Assembly: GCA_965645245.1 (NCBI GenBank)
Contig: OZ287075.1
Location: forward strand, 2,232,001 to 2,296,000
Direction of reading: 5' to 3'
DNA: 64,000 bases
Source of the DNA: Massalongia carnosa
Lineage: Eukaryota
The notes beneath the pieces are model-generated. The model searched no databases. It had not been told where the DNA came from and saw only the letters and a list, made by a program, of their open reading frames with translations. The position numbers and the translations under genes were made by a program. The number at the start of each line of letters is the position of its first letter. The stretch's first letter is position 1. Positions 45,915 through 57,419 of this stretch are shown here, one piece after another.

Positions 45915-46136
45915 CTTGACTGCTATTCGTCATAGTTGTTACACTCATGATAAGTCGAATAAATCAGTTTGTATACAAGTCAGCGCTCTAATTGTTGCTT
46001 ACAGTAATCACGAGTCCAGAAATAGCAAGGTCGAAATTGTTTAACGAAATGGTTCTCAGTCATTCATCTTATTTCTCAAATCTTTGTCTGTTGGCTATCG
46101 ACGGGCTGCATCTGATATCGGAATGGCGTAATTTTC
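45915..46136 (+). pseudogene. RecQ-like helicase fragment (motifs Ib-II), cut by an LTR
   Basis: CYTH / VITSPEIA..LCLLAIDGLHLISEWRNF (DExH decayed to DGLH); intron remnant ending TTACAG near 46005. Confidence 0.6.
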
Positions 46137-49100
46137 TGTCACGATTCAACCACATCCACCCAAGGCCATTCAAAGGAAAGTACGGCATCTGCCGGCGCAC
46201 TAACCGCTTCCGTTACTCAACCCTTTTAGCAATCATAGGGGCAATCAACGGAGGTCTGAAAGGACTGAAAGGGACGCATCGGAACGACCTTCTAAAGCAA
46301 ACACAAATGGATGAAAGGGACAAAGGGCAGAAAGACTGTTTGACCAAACTGTTCACTTATTGATGAAGAGACAAGCAGCTAGATCGGGCCAAGCGATTAT
46401 CTATATAGACTCCTAGAGAGGGCACCCTTTGCTTGTTCCTTTCTGCATCTTTGATATTTTCTAGTGCATAGCTTCCCAGTAGATAGTCAATTCCACATCC
46501 TGGTTGAACCGTCACATAATATCAAAGATCTCTTTTTACCCTGCTATCCATCGTGGAGGATACAAAATAACCCACCCCACAAACCCAGAACTAGAAGGCC
46601 GTCACCCCTACAGCGTGCCATCCAGAACCAGAAGAACCATCCTCGGTGGCGGATGTAAAAGTAACCCACATCGGAACGACAACGGGCGACTCATTCACTA
46701 GGCCAGTCGTACAACCCAGAACCAGAAGGCCCCCACCCCTACAGCGTGGCACCCAGATCCAGAACCAGAAGAAGCATCCTCGGTGGCGGATGTAAAAGTA
46801 ACCCACATCGGAACGACAACGGGCGACTCTTTCACTAGGCCAGTCGTACAAACCCAGAACCAGAAGGCCCCCACCCCTACAGCGTGGCACCTAGAAACCA
46901 GAACCAGAAGAACCATCCTCGGTGGCGGATGTAAAAGTAACCCACATCGGAACGACAACTGGCGACCCTTTTACTAGGCCAGTCGCACGAACCAGAACCA
47001 CCGGAACCAGAATCACCAGGACCATCAGACACCACTTTCAACCACCCAGAACCAGCGGAACCAGAATCACCAGGACCATCAGACACCACTTTCAACCACC
47101 CAGAACCAGAACTAGAAACCAGAACAGGACTCCGTTCATTATCCAGCCTTGCCAGAAGAAGAAACTCAACTGAAAGCAGATGACCCTTCCATGATCCAGA
47201 CCGTAGAACATCTGAGGACATGAATGCTTCAGGATGAGCAGGCAGTGTTACAGATGATCCTAGCCATCAAGGAAAGTTATGAAAAGGCCCAAGCTGAAGC
47301 AGCCAAAGGAAAGAACATCACGAGCCGACTCCTCTCCCTGACGGAACAACAGGAATGAGTAGTGAGTTACTTACAAAAGGAAGTCGAAAAGCTTAGGTTG
47401 ACATTGATCGGAGAGCGACGACCGAATGATGCTACTACGTCTTTTTTTTTACCAGTAGTCAGAAGGGAAAACGTTCCATGAAGCTTCCTGACCCACCGGT
47501 ATTTTCCGACGAAAAGAAACCGAACATCGATCATTGGCTAGCCAAGATGCGAAGCAAGTTGTTGGCCAATGAGGACCATATGTCAACCGAGATATTGCGA
47601 CAAGCCTATTTAGAGAATTGAGTGAATGGCGATGCCATGCGACACATAGAAGCCAGACTGAGGAAAGGGGCCGCCAAACCTTTCGAGACCGCTGAGGAAA
47701 TGTTGGAATTATTGGAACGAATTTATGGGGACCCCAATCGAAAACACACTGCTATGAAGGCATTTAGAGCCTTGCGCATGGGAAGTAAGGACTTCAATTC
47801 TTTCTAGTCCGAATTTCAACGACTATCTTCGGAGTTAGATTATAGCCCCTCCACCCTTATTGATGAACTCACTCACAAGCTCTCCTTGGACATGAAAAAG
47901 CAACTGGCCATCGGAAAGCAGGAACCCACGGACATTTATGAGTATGCTCATCGTTGCCAGCGAGTTTTTCAAGCTTTGAAAGATGTCGAGAGTTCAAAAG
48001 CGAGCTATGATCGAATGAACGAAGGAAGGAAAAACGTCATCAAAGCATCAACACCCTTCAAGCCTAGAGTGGACACTCCTGCATCCAAACCTTCAACCAA
48101 TCGAGATCATCGATGAAGACCTTACCCTCGCAGAAAAATCAAACATAGAAATCTTTCAGATGAGACCTGCAACCGAATAAGGAGTAAGTTGACCGAAGAG
48201 GACTATAAAGAGTCACTGGAACTAGACCCGCTCTCCAGCATCAAGGATTGTGTAATCAAGAAAGGCCACCTCTATAAAGCCGAACGCTTATGGGTTCCCG
48301 CTGACGATGATTTGATCCTCGATGTAATTCGACAAATTCATGATCAAGTAGCAGTTGGACACCCCGCAATGGCAAAAACACAACGAACAATCGCCAGGGA
48401 CTACTATTGGCCAGGCATGTTGAACTCCATTCGACGTTATGTCAGAAATTGCCATGTGTGCAAACGAGCCAAAGCACCCAGGGACAAATACAATGGAGTA
48501 CTGAAACCCCTGCCAGTTCCTGAAAGACCATGGACAGACATTTCGATGGATTATGTAACTGGACTTCCAGAACCCCAAAATGGTCACATTGCAATTTTGA
48601 TGGTAGTCAACCGATTGTCAAAGGAACGGCACTACATTCAATGCACGGCCAAGGACGAGGGAACAACCGCTGAAGCCACCGCTAAACTGCTGATTGGGAA
48701 TGTTTGGAGGTATCACGGCCTCCCAACCAGTATGATTTCTGATCGAGGACCGCAGTTCGTTTCCGACACCTGGAAGGGCATGTGTAAAATGCTAGGAATC
48801 ATCGCAAAGCTTTCCATCGCATTTCATCCTGAAACAGACGGCCAAAGCGAAATAGTCAATCAAGAAATGCAACGACATCTTCGGAGTTTCACCAACTACT
48901 TTCAGGACAATTGGATTGAGCTATTGCCAATGGCCGAGTTTGCAGCGAATTTCGGAAAATCAGAAATCACCCACCTTTCACCTTTTATAGTCAATCGAGG
49001 TTATGAACCAAGTATGAGTTTTAGTTTGACCGACTTGTCGGCCGACACAACCCGTCAAAGACTCGCCAACGAGATAGCCAAGGACATCACCGAGGACATG

Positions 49101-50075
49101 GAGAAAGTTTGGGACATCGTCCGAAACAGCACGACCAAAGCTCAGGAAAGAACAAGGACCGCCGCGGACCGGCACCGAAATGAAGTCACTTATGAGGAAG
49201 GAGATATGGTCTGGTTATCCACCAAAAACATCGAAACCGGAAGAGGCTCCAAAAAGCTGGACCATAAAATGATTGGACCATACCGAGTGGAAGAACTCAT
49301 TGGATCCGCATGCCGATTAAAGCTACCAGCTTCCATGAAAATTCATGACGTCTTTCATACCACCTTATTGAGAAAAACAGCTGACGACCCTCTACTCGGA
49401 CAAGTAAATGAACCACCTTCTTCGATAATAGTAGACAACAAGGAAGAATGAGAAATGGATGACATACTGGACGCTCGGAGACAATGGTACGACGCAACAC
49501 GCATCGAAAATGCTAAGGACATAGTTGAAGACTTCTATCTTCGACACCCCAACAAGCCCCGATGAAGCATTTCCCGATTATGATAATATTTATAATAGTC
49601 ACTTTTGGTGCTAAAAACATAATATGTTCAATGAACCTCCACTAACTGACGAACTTTCGCGATCAGGTGATTCGCGATCTTAAGAATGGGGTAATGTCAC
49701 GGTTCAACCATATTCACCCAAGGCCAATCAAAGGAAAGTACGGCATCTGCTGGCGAACTAACCGCTTCCGTTACTTAACCCTTTTAGCAATCATAGGGGC
49801 AATCAACGGAAGTCTGAAAGGACTGAAAGGGACGTATCGGAACGACCTTCTAATGCAAACACAAATGGATGAAAGGGATAAAGGACAGAAAGACTGTTTG
49901 ACTAAACTGTTCACTTATTGATGAAGACACAAGCAGCTGGCTCGGGCCAATCGAAAATCTATATAGACTCCTAGGGAGGGCAGCCTTTGCTTGTTTCCTT
50001 TCTGCATCTTTGATATTTTCTAGTGCATAGCTTCCCAGTAGATAGTCAATTCCACATCCTGGTTGAACCGTCACA
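46137..50075 (+). mobile_element. Degenerate Ty3/gypsy chromovirus D, PR-RT-RNase H deleted, no TSD
   Basis: LTRs 46137-46516 and 49695-50075 (about 21 substitutions and 1 indel by eye); broken gag about 47220-48116; integrase ORF 48189-49451; decayed chromodomain; PPT AAGAATGGGGTAA; flanks TTTTC vs AAACC. Confidence 0.92.
46578..47105. repeat. Three copies of a ~138-bp tandem repeat followed by two copies of a ~54-bp repeat in the leader of element D
   Basis: CCTCGGTGGCGGATGTAAAAGTAACCC recurs at 46641, 46778 and 46917; GAACCAGAATCACCAGGACCATCAGACACCACTTTCAACCAC occurs twice at about 47003-47100. Confidence 0.9.
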
Positions 50076-50937
50076 AAACCAACCAAAAAACCCGCATTAG
50101 ACAAGAAGATGAAGGCGGCTCGATTGAAATAGTGTTTGGAGCATCAAGACTGGATTATGGAGGAATGGAAAAACGTCATCTGGTCAGACGACACAAGCGT
50201 TATGTTGAACATGCGTCGGGGTAAGATCAGGGTGTGGAGGATGCCTGAAGAGACGTACGAAAAATAGTCATCTGCCGTCGCTGGCATGGAAGCTCGGAGT
50301 TCATGTTTTGGGGATGTTTTTCATACGACAAAAAAGGTCCTTTTCACATTTGGAGTAAAAAAACAGCTGCAGAAAAAAAACAACCGACTAAAGAACTTGA
50401 CGAAATAAACGAGGCTATAGAAAAAGACTGCAAATTAGAATGGGAGCTTTTTACAGGCATGCGACGTACAGGTCTTCGTAGGAAACCTGGCAAAAAACCT
50501 GTATTGAGGTTCACCAAAGACACAGGAAAGGTGACTAGAGAAGGCCAAAAAGGAGTTATCGATTGGTATCGCTATCAAAAAAAAATCCTCATACCTAAAC
50601 TCCTTCCGTTTGCTAAGGAGTGTATGTGTGACGAGGCGGCAACGGGGGGGCCTATTCAGGTGGTGAAGGTGGTGGCATTGCTAGCTATGACTATACTAGA
50701 TAGACAAGACGAACACAAGGAAGAAAGCATCAATTGCTGCAGAGATTTTCCATGTAACTCCCGGAACCCATTTCCTTACCTGAATGCGGTTAGCTCCCCA
50801 CTAAGGCTAACGCGATACCTAAAACATTTAGCGTGTCGGGAGGTATCGCTTAGCAGAGCATCTCGCGCTCACACCATGACAGTAGCTCCCCCTTCAAGGC
50901 CTGCTTCCACGCAGGCTTTATAGCTTCAGGGTGTGAG

Positions 50938-53900
50938 CTATCGTGGCTTGGCTGGGTATCGTTGATGAAATTCTGCTACCCTTTCCTTGGCGTTAGTAAC
51001 ATACTCAGCATACTCCCAGGTGGGGTCGTTCCAGCCCGTCCATTGCACCAGGTACTTTAGGCGGTTTCGAAATTTCTTGGAGTCTAGAATTTCTTCAACC
51101 TCGTATTCTTCTTCGCCTTCGACTTCAATAGGTGGTGCGGGAGGGGGGATGTGATCGGGATGAGGGTGTTGCGGCACGGGCGAGAGAAGGGATACGTGGA
51201 ACACAGGATGAATTTTCATGCCGGGGGGCAGCTCGAGTTGATACGCGTATTTGCTTACCACCTTAGATATCTTGAATGGACCCAGATTTTTCCAGTCAAG
51301 CTTTCGAGCAGGTCTTTGAGTACGGATGTTCTTAGTACTCAACCATACTTCGTCTCCTGCTTGGTAACTTGGTGCTGGTACACGATGTTCATTGGCTCCA
51401 GTCTCGTACCTGGCTTGCGCGAACTTCATCTCTTCCTGTAGCACGGACGAGATATCTTGCATCTTCTTGGCGAACTCCCCTGCGTTTAGACTGGCTGGGG
51501 ATCGAGAGGGCTCAATCGATTCGAATCCCATTCTCGGATGAAATCCCATCTCGGCCAGGAATGGGCTGCACCCAGTCGTCTCGGACACTACATTGTTCCC
51601 TGTGAATTCTGCCATGGGTAACCAACTTGCCCAATCGTCTTGAAGATAGTCCGTGTAGCTTCGAAGGTATTGTTCCATGGAGGCGTTTACTCGCTCGGTT
51701 TGACCGTCCGTTTCTGGATGGAAGGCCGTTGATAACAGGCTCTTGATACCCAGTAGTTGACAGAGCTTTTTCCAAAATTCCGATACAAAGAGCACTCCAC
51801 GATCCGATACTACGGTGCTCGGCAACCCGTGTAGTTTCCAAATATCTCGAAGAAAGAGTTCAGCCAGTTCCTGAGCATTGATCGTGGTGAGGCATGGAGA
51901 GAAGTGCCGTCGTTTCGATAGACGATCGACCACCACTAATATGGCGTCGAACCCACTACTTTCTGGAAGCCCAGTCACGAAGTCCATCGAAATATCTTGC
52001 CAGCGGCGCTCCGGGACGGGTAACGGTTTCAAGACTCCCATTTTTCCTTGACGAGAGGGCTTGCTTCTTGCACAAACTTGACAATGTTGCACGTACCTTG
52101 CTACGAACTGATAGAATCGTGGCCAGTAATAGTGACGTTGCAGAAGATCAAAGGTCTTGGCTCGACCGGGATGACCGGCTACAGGGCTATCGTGAACGGA
52201 CTTGCAAAGTCTCATCTTCAGGGCGTGTGAGTCCGGAACGTATATCTTTCCTCGATAGTGCAGTCGGCCATCCATCTCTGTGCACTCTGCCAGCGAGATT
52301 TCCTTGGAGTGTCTAGCACCTGATCGTAATAATTCCAGAATTCTCATCGGAAAGAGGTCCTTTTCCAATGCTTCTTGCCATAATTCTTCCAAGGTCTTGA
52401 TTTCATCCTGATCTGAGGCGATTTCCAGAGGTTCACTTTGTTCCGAGGCTTCAACATTTTCTTCGAGAGGTTCATCTGCTAATCCGTTCGCTAGAAGTTC
52501 AAGATTTCGAGGTTTCAAGACCACTTGATGTTGAATTTTTATCCGTGGATCATCCTCCCCCTTCGGTAGGTCTTGAGACCTTCTAGTCAGGGCGTCGGGT
52601 TTTCCACCGCTTTTCCCTGGGCGGTACATGATCTGGAAATCGAAGCGGGAGAGATACTCGGACCAGCGTGCTTGACGACGACTGAGCTGTTTCGTTGTCA
52701 TGAAGTATTCGAGATTCTTATGATCAGAAATGACTTGAATAGGAAAGGCGGCTCCTTCGAGCTCGGATCTCCATTCCTCGAAAGCTCGAATGATGGCCAT
52801 GAGTTCCTTGTCATAGATCTCGTAATTGATTTCCGCGGGGGCGTGTTTTTTCGAGAAGAAGGCTACAGGGCGTAGAACTCCCTCGTCATCGTACTGTGAG
52901 AGTACACCCCCCACTACCCAGTCGGAAGCGTCAACTTCTACCACGATTTTCTTTTCAGGATCGAAATGCATCAGAATGAGATCGCTAACAAATGCGTTTT
53001 TTAGCCTTTGAAACGCGGCCTCACACTCGGAGTTCCAAGAGAACACGGTCCCCTTTTTCGTCAGTTTGATCAGGGGCGAGGCAATGGCTGAGAAACCCTT
53101 GACGAAGCGTCTATAGAAATTTGCGAAGCCCACGAAAGCTTGAATATCCTTAATGTTCTTGGGTGTTATCCAGTCCTTGATCGTCTGAACTTTTCGTGGG
53201 TCCATCTTGATTCCTTTGTCCGAAATGATAAGTCCCAGGTAAGTGGTTTCCGTGACGAAGAATTCACACTTTTCTATGTCCAGTTGCAGACCTGCGGACC
53301 TCAGAGCTTCAAGAACTTTTCTTACGTGAATCTTGTGTTCCTTCTTTGATTTACTGTATACAAGAATGTCGTCGATATAGGCGGTGCAAAAGGCATCTAA
53401 ATATTCTCGAAGAACGTCGTTGATATAGTGCTGAAAGGAGCCGGGCCCCCCTGAAAGTCCGAAAGGCAATACTTCATATTCGAAGAGACCGTACCTGGTC
53501 TTGAAAGCGGTCATCCATTCTTGCCCGCTCTGCATTCGTAGCTTGTTGAAAGCCGCGATGATGTCAAACTTAGAGAAAATCATGGCCTTGGCAAGACGAT
53601 CTAGTGTTTCTTGAATCAGTGGTATTGGATAGCGATTCTTGATCGTGATCGCGTTCAGAGCTCGATAGTCTACACAGAAACGCAGTCCTCCCGACGGTTT
53701 TCGGGCGAATAACACGGGCGAGGAGCAGGGCGAGGAGCTGGCACGAATAAATCCTTTGGCTAGGTTTTCTTTCAAGTATTTCTGCAAGACTAGTAGTTCA
53801 GGAGCTGACATCTTGTACAGCGGGCCTGACGAGGGTATGGCTCCTTCCTTGAGAACGATTTTATGATCGTAGGAGCGGTGCGGGGGTAGTTTATCGGCTT

Positions 53901-54939
53901 CTTGCTTGGAGAAGACGTCTAGAAGATCGTGAAATTCCACGGGCACTATACTGGCGGGATCGATGATTTTCTTGGGCTTCAAGGACTTGGCGATATCTTC
54001 GAGGGACGAGGCGGAGAGATTGACTTTCTCTCTCGGATTTCTGAGTTGTTCAAGGGCTTTGTCAATTTCATACATGGAAGCGGTGAAGATTTCGTTCTTC
54101 CGGTCCTTCATCAGGGTCGAGAATGGAGCGGCTCCAACCATGTAAATGCTCATAGGTGAGGGATCGGGAGATTCCGTGCAGACCGTCATTGGTCGTGCGT
54201 TCGAGATCGGTGGCTCAAGAAGTGTTCGGGATTCAGGACTTGAAGGAGCGTTTAATACACTGACTTCGAGAGTTCTAGGAGTCGAGCGAGAGACCTTGTT
54301 CTCACTGACTTTCAGGGTTTCAGGAGTTTTCATACAAGAGACCTCGTTCTTGCGTGATTCGACGGTTTTCAAGGACAGGGACGAAGCGGACTCAGGAGTC
54401 CCTTCAGATGGATCAGGAAGGCCAGAAATGACAAGAGGGACGTGTTTATTCTCTAAACACTCCTGGAAACAGTACGTGGACGAGAAGGTCAGGGTATTTT
54501 CAGTCCAGCTGACGGAGGGGTCATGAATTTGAAGCCACTTGACTCCCAGGACGACAGGATAATGACCCAGTTGGGTAACTAAGAACGAGCCTTGCTCGGA
54601 ATGACGGTTTATTCGCATCCTTGACTTGATCAGATGAGTAAGTTTTCCGGCCGCCGCGGGGCGACCATCGACTACTTCGAGGATACGAGGACGGACAAGA
54701 GGGGTGAAAGGCAGGGAATTGTTTCGCGCGAAGGATGAATCAATGAATGCGTAGCCCGAGGCACCGCAATCAATCAAAGCATGGGTGTGTATAACTCGAT
54801 TTTCCACAGAGAGTGCTATAGATATGACACAATGTCTACCGTCTAACGAATCTTCTGAGAGAGAAAAGGCTGAAATCGACACAGGGACCCCTTCTGAACG
54901 TCTTCGGGGGCGACTTAGCCCGAAGACGACGCGTTTTCC
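50938..54939 (-). CDS. pol: Pol of chromovirus E (PR-RT-RNase H-IN-chromodomain), -1 frame relative to gag
   Basis: ALIDCGA, FCVDYRALN, YIDD, EVDASD, HHCC, VSDRG, GPF, YEVEEIL chromodomain; open from GGAAAAC at 54939-54933. Confidence 0.95.
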   Translation of the reverse strand, partial: GKRVVFGLSRPRRRSEGVPVSISAFSLSEDSLDGRHCVISIALSVENRVIHTHALIDCGASGYAFIDSSFARNNSLPFTPLVRPRILEVVDGRPAAAGKLTHLIKSRMRINRHSEQGSFLVTQLGHYPVVLGVKWLQIHDPSVSWTENTLTFSSTYCFQECLENKHVPLVISGLPDPSEGTPESASSLSLKTVESRKNEVSCMKTPETLKVSENKVSRSTPRTLEVSVLNAPSSPESRTLLEPPISNARPMTVCTESPDPSPMSIYMVGAAPFSTLMKDRKNEIFTASMYEIDKALEQLRNPREKVNLSASSLEDIAKSLKPKKIIDPASIVPVEFHDLLDVFSKQEADKLPPHRSYDHKIVLKEGAIPSSGPLYKMSAPELLVLQKYLKENLAKGFIRASSSPCSSPVLFARKPSGGLRFCVDYRALNAITIKNRYPIPLIQETLDRLAKAMIFSKFDIIAAFNKLRMQSGQEWMTAFKTRYGLFEYEVLPFGLSGGPGSFQHYINDVLREYLDAFCTAYIDDILVYSKSKKEHKIHVRKVLEALRSAGLQLDIEKCEFFVTETTYLGLIISDKGIKMDPRKVQTIKDWITPKNIKDIQAFVGFANFYRRFVKGFSAIASPLIKLTKKGTVFSWNSECEAAFQRLKNAFVSDLILMHFDPEKKIVVEVDASDWVVGGVLSQYDDEGVLRPVAFFSKKHAPAEINYEIYDKELMAIIRAFEEWRSELEGAAFPIQVISDHKNLEYFMTTKQLSRRQARWSEYLSRFDFQIMYRPGKSGGKPDALTRRSQDLPKGEDDPRIKIQHQVVLKPRNLELLANGLADEPLEENVEASEQSEPLEIASDQDEIKTLEELWQEALEKDLFPMRILELLRSGARHSKEISLAECTEMDGRLHYRGKIYVPDSHALKMRLCKSVHDSPVAGHPGRAKTFDLLQRHYYWPRFYQFVARYVQHCQVCARSKPSRQGKMGVLKPLPVPERRWQDISMDFVTGLPESSGFDAILVVVDRLSKRRHFSPCLTTINAQELAELFLRDIWKLHGLPSTVVSDRGVLFVSEFWKKLCQLLGIKSLLSTAFHPETDGQTERVNASMEQYLRSYTDYLQDDWASWLPMAEFTGNNVVSETTGCSPFLAEMGFHPRMGFESIEPSRSPASLNAGEFAKKMQDISSVLQEEMKFAQARYETGANEHRVPAPSYQAGDEVWLSTKNIRTQRPARKLDWKNLGPFKISKVVSKYAYQLELPPGMKIHPVFHVSLLSPVPQHPHPDHIPPPAPPIEVEGEEEYEVEEILDSKKFRNRLKYLVQWTGWNDPTWEYAEYVTNAKERVAEFHQRYPAKPR

Positions 54940-56159
54940 GAGACCTCAGCTAGAGAGGACTCGTTCAGCCGAGAGGTTCGCGGCTTGGTTTCTCCCTTTC
55001 GAGGGCAGACGGCCGCAAAATGTCCTGACCCCCCACAGTAGCGGCACAACCCTTCGTTCATCCGACGGGTGACTTCTGCTTGAGGTAACTTACCTCTGTG
55101 TGTGGCGGAGAGGTCCATTGGCTCGGCGGCCGGAAGGGGAGACGGGGAGGCGGCGGAAGAAGAGACGGATCGGGGGAGGGCGACTCCTCCCGACAGGGGG
55201 TTATGAGGGGGGGTCCCCACACCAGAAGAAGGTGGGGCGGACCGGGGGGGGTATGGCTTCCGGAGGGAAGCATTGACATTCCGTTGGCGGGTGTCTAGCC
55301 GTTGGAGGAGGGTCACCAGTTCGTCGAGGTCCTCGGGAGTGATTTGGGTAACCATGAGCTGCTTCAGCTCGTCACTGATGCCTTCCAGCAGAGCTGAGCG
55401 CATTGCCTCCTCGTCGAAATTGGTATCCGGGGCAATACGCTGGAAGTCCGAGAGGTAGACATGGAATTCCTTATTGGCCTGGCGCAGGGACCGCAGTTCC
55501 CGCTGTGCCGTGGCCTTTTTGTCCGGGTCCCCAAAGGCCCTCTCCAACATAGCCAATAACCCTGCCACATCGGGGATACTCACTTCGTTGTGAGACTTGA
55601 CGTAGGGTTGCACTTGCGCCATGGCACGACCCTCTAAGCGGCTGATGGCGTACAGAAGGCCGGCTTTGGGATTCGTGAAACGGTCTTGATTCACAAAGAG
55701 CTTCAGGTTAAGCTGGGTGACCCACTCGCGCAACTCGTCCTTCTTGCCCGAGAACTTCGGGATGTCCGGCAATTTCTCTGAGCGCGCCTCGCGCTGGGCG
55801 GTGGGTTGATGATGATGGTCACTGATCTGCTGACGGAGGCTGGCGATGGTGGCTCGAGAGGCGATGTTCTCGTTATTGGAGGTCTGCAACTGGCTACGGA
55901 TATTATTATGCTCAGCTTCCAGAAAGTCATACTGATTTGATTTTTCCGTTAGAAAGCCCTGAAGGGTCGCTGATCGGTTGGCGGACTGAATGGCCTGATG
56001 ATACCATTCATGAGGGAATTTTTGGACCGATTGACTCCAGGCCTCAATAGATGCAACATGAGGGGCGAGAGAATCCTCGTCATCGAAGCTTGGGGGGGAA
56101 AGGCCAGGACTTGATTCGGAACGGGGCGTGGCTATCTTGGACGAGGAACTGGAAGCCAT
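54915..56159 (-). CDS. gag: Gag of chromovirus E
   Basis: ATG 56159; KLPDIPKFSG, RLEGRAM, EPMDLS, CRYCGGSGHFAAVC. Confidence 0.92.
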   Translation of the reverse strand: MASSSSSKIATPRSESSPGLSPPSFDDEDSLAPHVASIEAWSQSVQKFPHEWYHQAIQSANRSATLQGFLTEKSNQYDFLEAEHNNIRSQLQTSNNENIASRATIASLRQQISDHHHQPTAQREARSEKLPDIPKFSGKKDELREWVTQLNLKLFVNQDRFTNPKAGLLYAISRLEGRAMAQVQPYVKSHNEVSIPDVAGLLAMLERAFGDPDKKATAQRELRSLRQANKEFHVYLSDFQRIAPDTNFDEEAMRSALLEGISDELKQLMVTQITPEDLDELVTLLQRLDTRQRNVNASLRKPYPPRSAPPSSGVGTPPHNPLSGGVALPRSVSSSAASPSPLPAAEPMDLSATHRGKLPQAEVTRRMNEGLCRYCGGSGHFAAVCPRKGETKPRTSRLNESSLAEVSENASSSG

Positions 56160-57419
56160 ACTAAAGAGGTGAATGAGAAACGAGGAACGGAGCACCACCT
56201 GAACACGGGTGAGGTGTTCGTAATGTGACGAGGCGGCAACGGGGGGGCCTATTCAGGTGGTGAAGGTGGTGGCATTGCTAGCTATGACTATACTAGATAG
56301 ACAAGACGAACACAAGGAAGAAAGCATCAATTGCTGCAGAGATTTTCCATGTAACTCCCGGAACCCATTTCCTTACCTGAATGCGGTTAGCTCCCCACTA
56401 AGGCTAACGCGATACCTAAAACATTTAGCGTGTCGGGAGGTATCGCTTAGCAGAGCATCTCGCGCTCACACCATGACAGTATGGTTGATCGTCTAAACAC
56501 GGTGGTGCAGGAGGATAATGCACCTTCGCATGAACATAAAAATCAGCACAAGGTCTATATGGATTGGGGTGTCAATCGACTGTTTTGGTGTCCAAACTCA
56601 CCCGATATGAATATGATCGAACCTTGCTGGTATTGGATCAAGCGAAGGACGACTCGTCATAGACCTCTTCGAAACAATAAAGTGGCGTCTTTGCGGTGGC
56701 AAATCTGCTGGTCGGAGCTATCACAAAAACGAATTCAAAAATGGATCGAGAGGATTCCGCGTCATATTCAGGAGGTGATCGAGGCTGGAGGAGGAAATAA
56801 GTATCGAGAAAGACGTAAAAACGGTGTAATAAGACCTTACGACAGCGAGGAACGTCGCCGTCGCTATAGGGTAGATTCCAAACAACCTGAGGATGATAAC
56901 TAGGAGGATTGGTAGTCGGTTTGAGGTGGTAGATGAGTATAATGAGGCAAAACTGGTGGTGGAGGGGTAGTTAGGGCTAGGGCTATCCCTTCGTGCGCCG
57001 GTAACTCATCCACCCCAAAAGGGATTAAGCATTACCGTAGGGCTGAGGGACGAACATCAAAATATTTACCTTTTCATCGTGTGGTAAACACCTGTCAAGG
57101 ACTGGGCAGGGGATTGAACTAATGTTCCTAGGAATTGGATTGGGTGATCAAGATGTCTTTATTAATAAGGCTATAACTAGGTGATGGATTGCTATACAAG
57201 ACGTCGGACAAGGAGTCAACCATCTAATTAACTTGTCCTTCCTTTTATATTTGTCTCGAACCCCTTTGCATGAAGATTCGATTAGTGTTCATCTCCCCCT
57301 ATTAGGAGACGTACGGCACGAAGGTTTGACGAGGTGGTTGACGATAAAAGGTGGAGATGAGGTTCTCCTGTCGTTGGTACGCTTTGATGGTGATTGTACA
57401 GCTTTGACCTGAAGCCGTT

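Larger units (their letters stand above)
50627..56478 (-). mobile_element. Full-length Ty3/gypsy chromovirus E, apparently intact
   Basis: Identical 255-bp LTRs 50627-50881 and 56224-56478; TSD GTATG (50622-50626, 56479-56483); PPT GAAGGGGGAG; open gag and pol. Confidence 0.97.
50076..57040 (+). mobile_element. Tc1-like transposase remnant (5' part missing), interrupted by chromovirus E
   Basis: WKNVIWSDDTS, MFWGCFSY (50076-50626) and VVQEDNAPSH, WCPNSPDMNMIEPCW (56479-56903); stops and frameshift; right end near 57037 tentative. Confidence 0.85.

Noticed and set aside
56965..56985. Telomeric TTAGGG repeat
   Set aside because: Only one exact unit plus degenerate neighbours
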